From Macrostomum lignano (lineage: Eukaryota), in assembly GCA_002269645.1 (NCBI GenBank), contig NIVC01003031.1, forward strand, positions 60,347 through 124,346: a DNA stretch of 64,000 bases. The letters run 5' to 3'. Every line of letters begins with the position of its first letter. Position 1 is the first letter of the stretch. This document shows, piece after piece, positions 1 to 11,641 of this stretch. The notes below the pieces were generated by a model. That model was not told the DNA's origin, searched no databases, and worked only from the letters and a program-made list of their open reading frames with translations. The position numbers and the translations under genes are program-made.

Positions 1-118
1 TAATCTGAGAAATGTTTCTTAGAATAGGTCTGAGTATAAGTCTTTAAGTATCAGTCTAAGTATAAGTCTAAGAATAAGTCTAGGTATATGTCTAAGGATT
101 AGTCTAAGTATCTACTTC

Positions 119-190
119 TATTGGTAGCGTTCTTAGTATATGTATTGGTAGCATTCTTAGTATATGTATTGGTAGCGTTCTTAGTATATG
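119..190. repeat. 24-bp tandem repeat x3
   Basis: tattggtagcgttcttagtatatg at 119, 143 and 167. Confidence 0.9.
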
Positions 191-3100
191 CCGAGTGGTC
201 TACTATTGGCCTGGAATGTATTTCTCAGAATGATCTTCCTTGTAATTCTTTTGTAGTTATTTAAGTGTCTGATCGTCTAGTCCAGTCGTTTAGGCGTTCC
301 CGAGATTAGAGGGTCACGGCCTTCTCAATACTGTATATGTATTCCCGAGATCTACTTTGTTTTACTTCAATCTCCTTGGTATTCTGAGTATCAGTAGTAT
401 CTGTGATATGATTAACTTCCACTTCACTCTTTGAATTGAAAAATTTACTAAGTCTTGAAAAGATTTCTAAGTAACAGTTTAAGGCTCAACAAGTAGCGAG
501 ACTTGAGACTAATTTAGGAACAAGCAATCAGCCAGTTGGTGGCTCTCTGGCCAGATCCCATCTATTTATACTATTTTAAGACTTGATCAGTATTAATTTT
601 GATATATGCAGCATTAAAACAAATAGGGCTAAAATTAGTTTTCGGTTTAAAAATACATACAAATTTTACATGAATATTATTATTAAACATTGGAAGATTA
701 AAACAAATAATATGTGAATACTATTCTTGAGTGATAAAACTCGAAATTATTATTGACAAATTTATTTACAAAAACTATTATTATTACTATTAGTAGCATT
801 AAGCGCTTGCACAATAATGAATAATTTTGCTCTCAACCCTATAGATTGTTGATGGAGATATATTGTTTGACATAGACTAGGATTCTGTTTCCATAGAATG
901 AACATAATTAAACTGCAAATTTGGGACCATACTAATCTATTCAATTTTGTGATATAATCCCTCTAATAAAATTCTACTTTTAGTATGTTTTTAATTCAAA
1001 ACCAACAAAGCTCTTTTAATTTCATCTTGTAATCACCTATGTATAATTTTATTATTTAGATGATTGTATGACAAAAAGGAATATAGGCTAGGCCTATGCT
1101 TCTATAACTTTTAATGCTACATTTCAATGCTTTGCAGTACTTATTTGAAGTGACTTTGAAAATTCAGTAAAATATTAATAATTGTAACACAATAAGTGAA
1201 TATAAGCTATATTCCTACAAAATACAAGACTTGATGCTACAATATTGCACTTAGAAGAGGTCCAATTTTAAACTAATTTTAAGAAAAAATTTAACTTTTT
1301 TTTGCCATCTTTTAAGGGGGAATATATATTGAAAGTCCTAATTCTTGTAAGGATAATGCTATATAAAACAAAAGAATGCTAACAAAAAAGTGTATTAAAT
1401 ATATTACATTTTTTATTCTAAACCAATTTTATTGATTTGGACTTGTTTAAATCAAGAAGAAAAGCTCTATGTATACCATACGGCATACTTTGGATCTTGT
1501 AGTATTGTAATATATGCCCAAAAATTTGGCCATGCATCAGCCTTGCACACCAAAAATAGGCATGCACAGTTGGTGTGCATCATTCCTAAGAAAATACACC
1601 TGGCATGCACTTTATAGAATCACATAAAAGAGTTATTGTAAAGTAGAAGAAAAGATAGTAAAGGTTCATTCTTAAACATAAATTTTCCACTTTCCAGGTT
1701 TTTAAGCTTGTAAAAAGGCATTTAAACAAATCTTTGCATGTATCAATTTTCCACTGTGAATAGTGAATATTGTCACTAAAAAAGTAGAAAAAATCAACCA
1801 AATTATCTGTCAAAAAGGGTCTATTACACAATGAAAAAAGGTCATTTATTGTTATACGGCAGGCATTGCCACTAAGTAATTAATTTGCGAACTTTTCAAT
1901 TTTGAATTTTTGCATGCTAGGGTTGAAATTTTGTATTTTCTATTATTTGGAGTGATGTCACTCCTGATATTGAATTTGCAGGTTTCCCTCATTATGCATT
2001 TGCTTACCCGACACTGGACGAGAGCCGTAGTTTTTGTTTCTCTATGTGTTTAATGCCACCCCGTGATATGCCCCTTTGTGTGAATTTGCTTCCATGTTTA
2101 TGCCTAGTTGATGCTCCAATTTGTGAACTATTATTCCTTTGTTTGGTATATTTAAACGCGATGCAACATGATTTTCTGCATGCGCTGGCTTACCCTTCCT
2201 CTTTCCTATCTCATCCTCATAGTGTAGAGTCGATTAAGTAATTTTTCAATTTATCCAGCCTGCTAAATAATAATGCAACTTAATAAACTTGAATTTCCTA
2301 ATATTTATTTGTTGAACCAAAGCCATAGTATTTCTTGAGTCATTTGCCCGTGGGGCATAAAAAAACCAAAGTTCTCAGCTCATAGAAAGCTCCGAGACTG
2401 AATTGTTCCGTAATACGTAAATTACGGTAGTGGCAACAACTACCCTACTGAAAGTAACCAGCTTAGCAAATCTACACATTAAGTTACGGTGTCAGAATCT
2501 CCGATGCAAGGACCACTAGAAGTTACTCTTGTATCAGGACGCAACACTCGTAAATATTGTAAAATTATTTGAAGGCCCGCTTGTTTACATGTATTTATCG
2601 GTACTTGCCTTCAAAAAAGTGTTTTACTCGACTGTTTTAAAGAAGCATGGACTACATTGAGCCTCAGAAGCTCCATAAATAGGTGTATTTATACTTTATT
2701 TAGGCTTTAATCTGTTAAATCTAGATATTTTAAGTAATTATATCCCTATATGCAACTCGTTTTAGAATTTCCTAAGCCAAGGTTTTATGCAGACAGTTGA
2801 CATATACTGCTAGTGCTAGAACTACTAATTCGACAAAGCTTAAGAAAAGGATCGGATGGGCTTCTAACTAATTAACTATCAACAAAAAAGTAGTTTAACA
2901 AGTATATTATTTTATAACTTATAAGTTATAACCTTAGCCTTTAGCTATAATGAAAGTTATCATTATCATACTAAACTAAAGCTAGCCTAGTAGGCCTAAC
3001 AACAGCTAGCTAGCTTTACTATGCCTAGCCTAGGCCTACTATGATTAATTCTATTCTGGTATTGTTTTAAAATAGGCCTAGCTAGTTAACTTAGATCTAG

Positions 3101-3268
3101 TTTTCCTATAGTCCTATATTCCTATATTTTAAGGTAAAAATTGTCAAATCAATAATTTCCCTACATAGGGCTATGATATATCATGCCACATTCAATTATT
3201 AGGAGACTAGGGCAAGTAATAATCTCATGTAAGACCTACTCATGCTTAATGTTAGTGTCAGACAAGTC

Positions 3269-3563
3269 AGTAGTAGGGAAATGTACGCTTCTAGCCCCAG
3301 ACCCCCCTTTTTAAAAACAGCAATTTGGAAGGCTAGAGGGGGGACACGGGGGGAAACCAAAAAACACACTACAACACACTACAACACACTAAAACACCCC
3401 CAAAAACCCCAAAAACCCAAAATACTCCTAATAAACATAAAATATCAAAAACACTATTAACACACCCAATCACATCCAATCACACCCCCGTGTACCCCCT
3501 CTAAGCCTTCCAAACACCCATTTTTAATAGGCCTGATCTAGAAGCGTACATTTCCCTACTACT
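3269..3563. repeat. Left terminal palindrome: 26-bp perfect arms (3269-3294/3538-3563), a second imperfect arm pair, and a G-free A/C-rich loop
   Basis: agtagtagggaaatgtacgcttctag vs ctagaagcgtacatttccctactact; inner arms ~3310-3352 vs ~3484-3527; no G on the + strand from ~3354 to 3489. Confidence 0.9.
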
Positions 3564-3614
3564 ACACACAAACACTCTAGTAACCCGTTGCCCGCGCCGA
3601 AGGCGCGAAGGGTC
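3546..3614 (+). repeat. Polinton TIR segment (left), inverted partner of 21281-21349
   Basis: 69-bp inverted match with 7 mismatches by manual alignment; contains the hairpin GCGCC-GAA-GGCGC. Confidence 0.9.
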
Positions 3615-3983
3615 TGAAATGTTCGCGAACTATTGTTCCATTATAGAGAGAAAGGCAGAAACACAAATAGCGCCGATTTGTATAATTATACAGAAAAGCG
3701 CCAACCATAAAAGAAAAGCGCCATTCAAAAGAAAAGCTCCATTCTACCCCCTTCTATTGTGCCTCTAGTTCGTCTCTTTTTTCTGTTACTAAAAATAGTC
3801 TTTTTCATTCCATTCATGTGGGTTTGCGCAGCCATATATGACACCACTTACAAAGTTATAAATGAGATTTGTATGAAGCCTCATACAACTTTTTGCCAGC
3901 TCAATTTTGCAAAAAAAGTTACACGCAGGGTTACTCATATTGCGCTATAATTTCTCTTTTTCTGTTACTAAAAATAGACAAAA

Positions 3984-4385
3984 ATGACACACGTTACCCA
4001 ACTATCCAATTTGAATGAATTGCAAGTAGGAGACCCAATTGAATACCGAGGTGAGGGGCTTTTTGATGTGATAGGTTCAGCAGCAAATTTGGTTAAAGAT
4101 AATATGGGACTGATAGGACAAGCGGGCTCGGCAGCAGGTTCTATAACAAATGCGGTAAAGGGTGGAATAGAAGCGGCTAGGGCAGCGGAGGAACTTAAGA
4201 AATTGAGAGAATTTAACGACACCCTCTCACAAATAAAAGCAATAAAAGATTTAAAATTAGCACAAGAAGCCACACAAACTACTGAAACACCCACTAAAAG
4301 CAACCCAATAAGTAATAAAGATATCCAAGATTTTAATAAAGTATTAACTAACATTAAAGGCGGAAAAGGATTAAAGAAGTTTTAG
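3984..4385 (+). CDS. Polinton hypothetical protein, probable virion core/membrane-active precursor with GxG-hydrophobic motifs
   Basis: 133-aa intact ORF with RGEG-LF and KGGKG-LK motifs and an amphipathic Gly/Ala-rich segment; preceded by TAAAAATAGACAAAAATG. Confidence 0.65.
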   Translation: MTHVTQLSNLNELQVGDPIEYRGEGLFDVIGSAANLVKDNMGLIGQAGSAAGSITNAVKGGIEAARAAEELKKLREFNDTLSQIKAIKDLKLAQEATQTTETPTKSNPISNKDIQDFNKVLTNIKGGKGLKKF

Positions 4386-4395
4386 TAATATAAAA

Positions 4396-5417
4396 ATGGA
4401 CACAGTTAATGACAAACGCCTTTATTTTATAGGAGAAGTAGTCGACACTTTAAACTTGGATGATAATAAACACAGTCGCTCAATGTTAAAAAGATTAGAT
4501 CGTTTAGGTAAAAAATTAGATTATAATATTGATACTTTTAAACTTGCTGCAAAATATGCACAAGAAGGAAGACCACTTTCATTTAAGAATAATAATAAAA
4601 ATTATAGGCTAACGGAACCTGACGTGAAATTTTTATTGGAGACTCACACCAAAAAGGATGGTGGCCTGTTACCTATTGATGATTACCTATTGGTAGAATA
4701 GGCTATTCTACCAATTCTTTTAGGACTCGGGGCAGCTGGAGCAACCGGTTTAGCAGCCAAAAGAATTCACGATAATCGAAAACAGCTAGGAGAATTAAAA
4801 GCAAAACAAGGGGGTATATTGCCGCTTGCAACTTTGCTTCCAATAATTTTTGCAGGAATCGGAGCAGCTGGTGGAGTAGCAGGTGGAGCGGCTGGAATTG
4901 CAAAAGCAGTAAACGACAAAAAAGCCGCGGATGAAAAAGCTAAACGAGAGGCTGAATTCCAAAGACAGCAAATAACACAGGATGCTCAATTTAAACAAAA
5001 ACTTATTGATACCATTAATAGCAGCTCGGCAACAGCAGAACAAAAAAAAGAAATGCAGAAGCTAGGTTAGCAGCTGGAAAGGGTTTAATATTAAAAGGAA
5101 CAACTCACGGCGATGGCTTAATGCTACAAGGAACAACACATGGAAGCGGAGTTGTAGCGGATAAATTACATGAGTTTGGTCAAACCTTAGAAAAAACGGG
5201 TGAAAAAGCTAAAGGATTTTTTGATAATATTGGAGCCAATTTTAGGCCAGCAGTTCAAAAGATTTTTAATAAATTAGGAAAAGATTTTAACATAATTGAA
5301 AAACACGACGGAAGCGGTTTATATCTTGAAATGAGACCAAAAGCTGGATCAGGCATCTTCTTAAATGCAAATGTCTCAGGCAGCGGATTAATTTTACCAA
5401 AAGCGGAACTCGAGTAG
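4396..5417 (+). pseudogene. Adenovirus pX-like core precursor (about 340 aa), disrupted
   Basis: The three annotated ORFs join into one: in-frame TAG at 4699-4701 and a 1-nt frameshift near 5066. Contains KQGG-ILPLATLLPIIFAGIGAAGGVAGGAAGIA, resembling adenovirus pX (GG-xLPxLIPIIAAAIGA), and repeated GxG-L motifs. Confidence 0.7.
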
Positions 5418-5447
5418 GCAAACATTGTATAAATTTTATTCTATAAA

Positions 5448-8400
5448 ATGGAAGCTATTTTAGCCCAAATCGACAACCCAGAACTTAGAGCTCAATTAAT
5501 AGCTCAAATAGAAGCACAACGAATGGCCGATAGGGCGGAAATAGAAGCTAGAGTCAGAGCTGAAAATGAGATACGTTTAGAAAGACAATTAGATAATATA
5601 AACAACCCACAACAACCAACAGAAATTGGAGCTGAAGTAATAAATATAGATATCGAAATAAATACTGATTATAAAGAATATTTTAAACAAATGAAACCAA
5701 AATTAAAGACCATCCTAGATAGATATACTAAAAGATCAAATAACAAACGACAGCCAATTAAGTATAAAATAGAAATTGAAACAGAATTTAAAAAACCAAA
5801 TATGATTAATGCAAATTCAGAAATGGAGGTAATAAATAACTGTTCACAAGAATCATATAAGACACTTCTATCAATGGGAAATTACAACAATCAATTTGAT
5901 CAAATAGAAGCAGAGTTTGATGAATGGATAGATAAGATGACAGAAAACGGATCAGGGTTTGTATTTGTTTCTTGTAATTTTGCCACAGTAAAGATTGTCC
6001 CCATAGAAATTCTTAGAGGACGATCACACATGAATCTTTTCTTTAAATCACCAATGATTATAAATCCAGACAATAAAGATAATAAGTGTTTATTATAGTG
6101 TTTACTAATTCATAAATATCATAAAGAAGTAAAATCACATGTTAACAAAATATATAATTATAGAAAATATGAATATGAAATAATAATGAAAAACATATCA
6201 TACCCAGTAGCCATTGATGATATATATAAGATTGAAAAAATGAATGGATTAAATATTAATGTGTTTACAATGGAAAAGCCAGAAGAAATTCCAAGTGATC
6301 GGACGGAGTCCGCGACCCATCAGGTCGATAAAGATTGGTATAAAAAAGCTGTTATTTAGTAAAGCCAGCAACAGATATAACAGCACCAGATCAGATTGAC
6401 CTTTTGTACCTACAGCGTGGAAATGAAACACATTATATATACATAAAAGATATTAGTTCATTTTTAAGAGAAAATGGAAATCGAATGCCATTATGTAAAA
6501 ACTGTTTCACATTTAAAAGGGATGAAACAACTCTTAAAAATCATCAAAGATTTTGTTTAGATCATAAATTTACTAATGTTGTAATGCCAGATGAAAATGA
6601 AAAAATATTAAAGTTCCAACAGCATTATATGTCAATTAAAAAACCAATAGTAATATATGCTGATTTTGAATCAACCAACGTTCCACTCGAGTCCCCCAAA
6701 CAGCAGGACTGCACAAAAAAATTGGCGCAGCAGTTTCCGAATAGTTATTGTATATATGTTCATTCTGTAGCAGATCATATTTTTAAATCGAAGATAATTA
6801 CTTATCATGGAAGAGACTCTGCAAAACACATGGCGGAAACATTAGTAAAAATATTTGAACTTATACAATGTCAATATGATAAATTATCAAAAGATATTAT
6901 TATGACAGATAAGGATAGATACAATTATAAAAATGCAACAAATTGTTTTATGTGCAAAATGTATTTAAGTAAGAATAATAAGATACGAGAGCATTGTCAT
7001 CTAACAGGAATTTATCGTGGGGCAGCATGTAGATCATGTAACGCAAAAGAAGGAAAAGGATGTAAGGAAATACCAGTATTTTTTCATAATGGATCTGGCT
7101 ATGATTTTCATTTCCTTGTTCGAGAGTTACTAAATTTAGGTAAGGATGAATATGAAGTAAATATATTACCCAAAACATCAGAAAATTACATATCAATAAC
7201 ATATGGTAAAAAATATTCCCATCTGGTTTTTCTAGATTCCTTGAGATTCTTATCAACCTCTTTAGCGAATGTTGTATCATCACTAGTTCCAAACCCATGG
7301 GATTTAGAAACAATAAATAAAAACTTTCCAAATCTAATTAATAAACTCAAAAAAGAAAAACTATCCGAAGAAGAACTAAAACTATTAACTCGCAAGGGCA
7401 TTTATCCATATGAATATGTAACATCTGAAAAGGTATTTAATGATACTCAACTACCCCCAATAGAAAAGTTTTATTCAATATTATCACAATCAAACATTTC
7501 CGAATCGGATTATGAACATGCACAAAAAGTATGGAATTACTTTAATTGTAAAACATTTAAAGATTATCATAACCTATATCTTAAAGCAGACGTTCTCCTA
7601 TTAGCTGATGCTTTTGAAAACTTTAGAAATCATACATATGAGAATTTTAAAATTGATCCAGCCTATTGTTTCAGTGCACCCGGATTAACATGGGCATGCG
7701 GATTGAAACATACAGATGTAAAAATTGATTTACTAACTGATCATGATATGTTGTTAATGATTGAGCGTGGAATTCGTGGTGGATTCTCAGGGGTATTAGG
7801 AGATAGATATACTAAAGTAAATAATAAGTATCTACCTAATTATAATAAAAAAGAAAAATCATCATATGTATTATATCTAGATGCAAACAATTTATATGGA
7901 GGCTGTATGAAACAAAAATTACCAATTGCCGATTTCCAATGGGAAGACGACCCATATTACTATAAAAACATTCCCGAAGGAAGGGGATGCATAGTGGAAG
8001 TAGATTTAAAATATACTCGGCAAGCAAAAGCACAAACATATAAATATCCTTTAGCTCCAGAGCATTGTTCAGTTAATGAAGATGATTTATCACAAACACA
8101 AAAAGATTACCTAAAAGCAGATAATTCAAAACATCTATCAACAAAAAAGCTAATTCTAAATTTATTCGATAAGAAAAACTATGTAGTGCATTATAAGCTT
8201 CTACAATTTTATGAAAAGCAAGGACTAAAAGTAACCAAAGTACATCGAACAATATCATTTATAGAAGAAGATTGGTTAGCTAAATATATTGACTTCAATT
8301 CAAATCAGAGACAGATGGCAAAAACAAATTTTGAGAAAGATTATTGGAAATTAATGAACAATGCATTTTATGGAAAAACGGTGGAAAATATTAGAGATAA

Positions 8401-9414
8401 AACCCAATTCCATTTAGAAAAGGATATTGAAAAAGCAAAGAAATATTTTACCAAACCTAACTTTAAAGACTTTATAAAATTTGATGATGAATTTATGGGA
8501 ATACATATGCGCAATAAAACAACAAAATTTCTGAAACCAATCTTTATTGGAATGGTTGTTTTAGATTATGCAAAGCTAGTAATGTATGAATATTATTATG
8601 ATGTTATAAATAAAACATGGCCAGATAACTATCCAATATATGCAGACACCGACAGTTTGGTATTTAAGGTTGAAACTGAAGATCGGGCACAGCCCGCGAA
8701 CCTAAGGTTCGATGTCTATAAAGATATGGAAACAATTCAAGATACATTGGATACGTCCGATTATCCGGATAACCATCCTCTAAAATCAGATAAAAATAAG
8801 AAAGTTGTTCTTAAAATGAAAGATGAATTAAATAGCAAAATCATAACCGAGTTTATAGCAATAAGATCAAAATGTTATGCATTTAAGGTTTTAGGACAGG
8901 AGGGAGAGGTAAAAAAAATAAAAGGGGTATCAAGGGCAGCAGTTAAAAAGATAACTTTTGATGATTATAAAAATGTACTATTAGATTACCTTAATACAAT
9001 TGAAAAATATCATACTCCACAATATCGGTTAAATTCAGATAATCATCAGATGTTTGTTATTGAGACTGATAAAAAACATTAAGCCCATTTGATGATAAAA
9101 GGTATTTAGATAATAAAATTAAAACATATCCATATGGTTTAAAAGATGAGATAAAAAACATGATAAAAGATAAAAAACAAAAAGAAGATATAATAAGCAA
9201 ATATATAGAATACAAAGAGGTAATAAATAATTACTATTACAATTGTGATTGTGAATCCGAATGTGAATGTGAATATAATACATTTCTAGAATATGAAAAA
9301 GACATAGATAATTATTATGCAACATTTCCAAAAGAATTTAAAAAATTAAAAAAGGAACAAGTCTTGGATAACTGGAAGAGATTAACGGAAAAACTAATAA
9401 TGGTTAAAAACTAA
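5448..9414 (+). pseudogene. Protein-primed family B DNA polymerase (vOTU-like N-terminal region, exonuclease with endonuclease VII-like insert, polymerase), disrupted
   Basis: Exo motifs YADFES and FHNGSGYDFH; polymerase motifs YLDANNLYG, KLMNNAFYGK, YADTDS; CxxC..EHCHLTGxYRGAACxxCN insert. Lesions: TAG at 6096-6098 in NKDNKCLL*C (Trp expected), frameshift in the A-run 6342-6347, frameshift in the A-run 9071-9076, after which KTLSPFDDKRYL continues in frame into the 9160-9414 ORF. Confidence 0.95.
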
Positions 9415-9750
9415 AGCATGTAATTCCTTAAGTAGAATATCCAATTCCAATTCATATTTTATAGAACACCAATTATCTTCGCAATCGTCAGGATAACTTA
9501 AACACTCTTTTACTTTTTTTCGAAGTTTTTTTATTCGTCTAACAAGCCAATCGATTTTGTTTTCAATAACAGTTTCAGCATAAGCAATTGTGGCTTTTAT
9601 AAAACTTTTTCTTTTTTCTAATTCATATCGAATCGGAAACATTTCTTCGCCATAATCACTATATTTCTGCTCAATAATTATATCTAATTTTTTATTAATA
9701 TTATTTAATTCTTTATTATATGCACACAGACGGGTTTTTATAGGCGCCAT
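9394..9750 (-). CDS. Polinton hypothetical protein (118 aa, helical/coiled)
   Basis: Intact ORF with TAAGAAAATG start context, tightly packed between neighbours; no recognisable family. Confidence 0.6.
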   Translation of the reverse strand: MAPIKTRLCAYNKELNNINKKLDIIIEQKYSDYGEEMFPIRYELEKRKSFIKATIAYAETVIENKIDWLVRRIKKLRKKVKECLSYPDDCEDNWCSIKYELELDILLKELHALVFNHY

Positions 9751-9771
9751 TTTCTTATAAAAAAATTTAAC

Positions 9772-10107
9772 TTATTCAGACTCGTCCTCCCAAACAGCAG
9801 CCAATTTTACAGTCCTGTCAACCTTTTTGTTTTTTGCTTGTCTTTCTTTAAACTGCAAACCATCCATTGGTGAGTATTTCATAATAAAAGTTTTAGGTTT
9901 ATTTATAATAATCGTTGGAAAATTTTTAACGTCATCGCCACTTAAGCACAGAACAACTCCCCCATTTAATTGTAAAAATATCGATTGAATTCCAATAAAT
10001 TTAACCTGTCGCAAACATATTATATCATACTCCTTTGGCTCCAGAGAATTGGTGGTTAGAAAGTTAATTGTATTAGAATCGGTTTTGAACCAATTTTCTT
10101 TTTCCAT
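9772..10107 (-). CDS. Polinton hypothetical protein (111 aa)
   Basis: Intact ORF with TAAAAATG start; no recognisable family. Confidence 0.6.
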   Translation of the reverse strand: MEKENWFKTDSNTINFLTTNSLEPKEYDIICLRQVKFIGIQSIFLQLNGGVVLCLSGDDVKNFPTIIINKPKTFIMKYSPMDGLQFKERQAKNKKVDRTVKLAAVWEDESE

Positions 10108-10133
10108 TTTTAATCTAAAAAAATAATAAAAAA

Positions 10134-10677
10134 ATGAAAGACAGATACGAATGTAAAAAATGTAATGTTACTATGCAAAGAGGTCAAACAGCAAATGGAG
10201 ATATATATCATATGTGTTATTCGTGCGCTAAGATATATCAATTTGAAAAAACAAAAAAAGATTGAAAACTTATATTACTATTTCAAAAACACAATTATAA
10301 AAAATTTATCATGTGACATTTCACATCCATCCCTTCAAAAGCCAGACGGTACACAAATTAATACCATCCCCGGAAATAATGTTTATTTAAATAATAACTT
10401 TTTTCATTTAAATAAAGGAAAAGGATTAAGTTCGAAAGACTCCGAGAGGATTTTAACTCTGGTTGGATATTATTTCAATTTTCTTATGAGAGAGAACACA
10501 AAACATATAAGGTTGGGTAACATACCAAGTGAAATGTTATTGAAGAAGTCATTGGAATTTTTATGTATTGATAAAAAATTTGAACCGCGAATCAAAAGGC
10601 AATTACCATTGTGGGAAGAATATATAATATATGCATTAAAAAAGCTACACCGGATAAAGTCCGATTGTGCTACCTGA
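10134..10677 (+). pseudogene. Hypothetical protein with N-terminal CxxC...CxxC zinc ribbon, frameshifted
   Basis: MKDRYECKKC...HMCYSCAK from ATG 10134 shifts at an A-run near 10253-10259 into the annotated 10165-10677 frame. Confidence 0.55.
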
Positions 10678-11305
10678 CCTCGGGCTTTGTGCCCCAGTTT
10701 CTATAGTTTCTATAGGTGGAGGGTTCGGTTTTTCACCCCGAAAGCTCGCACTCATAGGCCGGTTGAGTCTTAATTCGTTTAATTCTGTATCGGTAAAAGC
10801 TTCAATATCTAAAATTCGATTTCTATCTTTTAAATACTTATCATATAACTCAACCGCGGTTGTTAACTCATGTATTGTAATCTCACCATCATCTAATATT
10901 TTTGCACATATAAGTATAACTGATTTTTATATTGTTTAGCAACATCTCTTAGTGATTTATATTTATTCTTTCTTTTTTAAGATATAATTTAATTACCAAA
11001 AGTATTGATAAGTTTCTTATTAATTCAAAACCTGATATTGAACCAATTGAAATACCCAAAAATAATTGAGATAAATTAAGAGTTGGAATGGATTGTAAAA
11101 TACCTAAAACGATTACACACAACATCGATAAACTTCCAAAACCAATATTGAAAAAATCCATATTCCTGATATGGTTTGAAAGCCTTCTTACTTTTTTAGT
11201 ATATAAATCATAATCATAATTTATTCGATCGACATTACTTAACATGCGTCCTTTACGTTGGTTAAATAAATCTCTTTCCTTTCTGTCCGCTTCAGACACC
11301 GACAT
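10645..11305 (-). pseudogene. Predicted two-transmembrane protein, frameshifted
   Basis: ORF 10949-11305 has two hydrophobic segments. An alternative frame near 10960 continues KSLRDVAKQY...KILDDGEITIHEL to a stop at 10645-10647. Confidence 0.5.
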
Positions 11306-11615
11306 TTTCGTCTATTTTTAATAGCACCAAAATGAATTCCCCACGCTCCTTAGGAATCTGTCCGGCGCTCAATAAGTATTGGATTGGAGTTATTCTTTCT
11401 TTTTTCTCCCGTTTAAAGCCAACCTTCCAAAACTCCTGTAATATAATATGGTTTTTTAATAATTTAATTAACTCCTGAAGTTTCTTATTGTCTTGAACAT
11501 TCACTCCGCTAAATAAAATTTTGGTATGAGATCTAAAAGTTTTTATATTTGATTCTTGTTTAAGAATAACAATAGTATTGCTTTGTCGCATTGATGGAGT
11601 TCTACTAAAAGCCAT
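11292..11615 (-). CDS. Polinton hypothetical protein (107 aa)
   Basis: Intact ORF with TATAAAATG start, overlapping the next gene by 14 nt. Confidence 0.55.
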   Translation of the reverse strand: MAFSRTPSMRQSNTIVILKQESNIKTFRSHTKILFSGVNVQDNKKLQELIKLLKNHIILQEFWKVGFKREKKERITPIQYLLSAGQIPKERGEFILVLLKIDENVGV

Positions 11616-11641
11616 TTTATATAGAAATATTTTAGACTAAC

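Noticed and set aside
200-3260. AT-rich left flank with short ORFs and a possibly decayed reading frame at ~240-520 (minus)
   Set aside because: No motif, terminal repeat or family could be supported.
6335-6360. Programmed -1 frameshift in pPolB
   Set aside because: T-AAA-AAA is not an in-frame X-XXY-YYZ heptamer, and similar homopolymer shifts occur in many genes.
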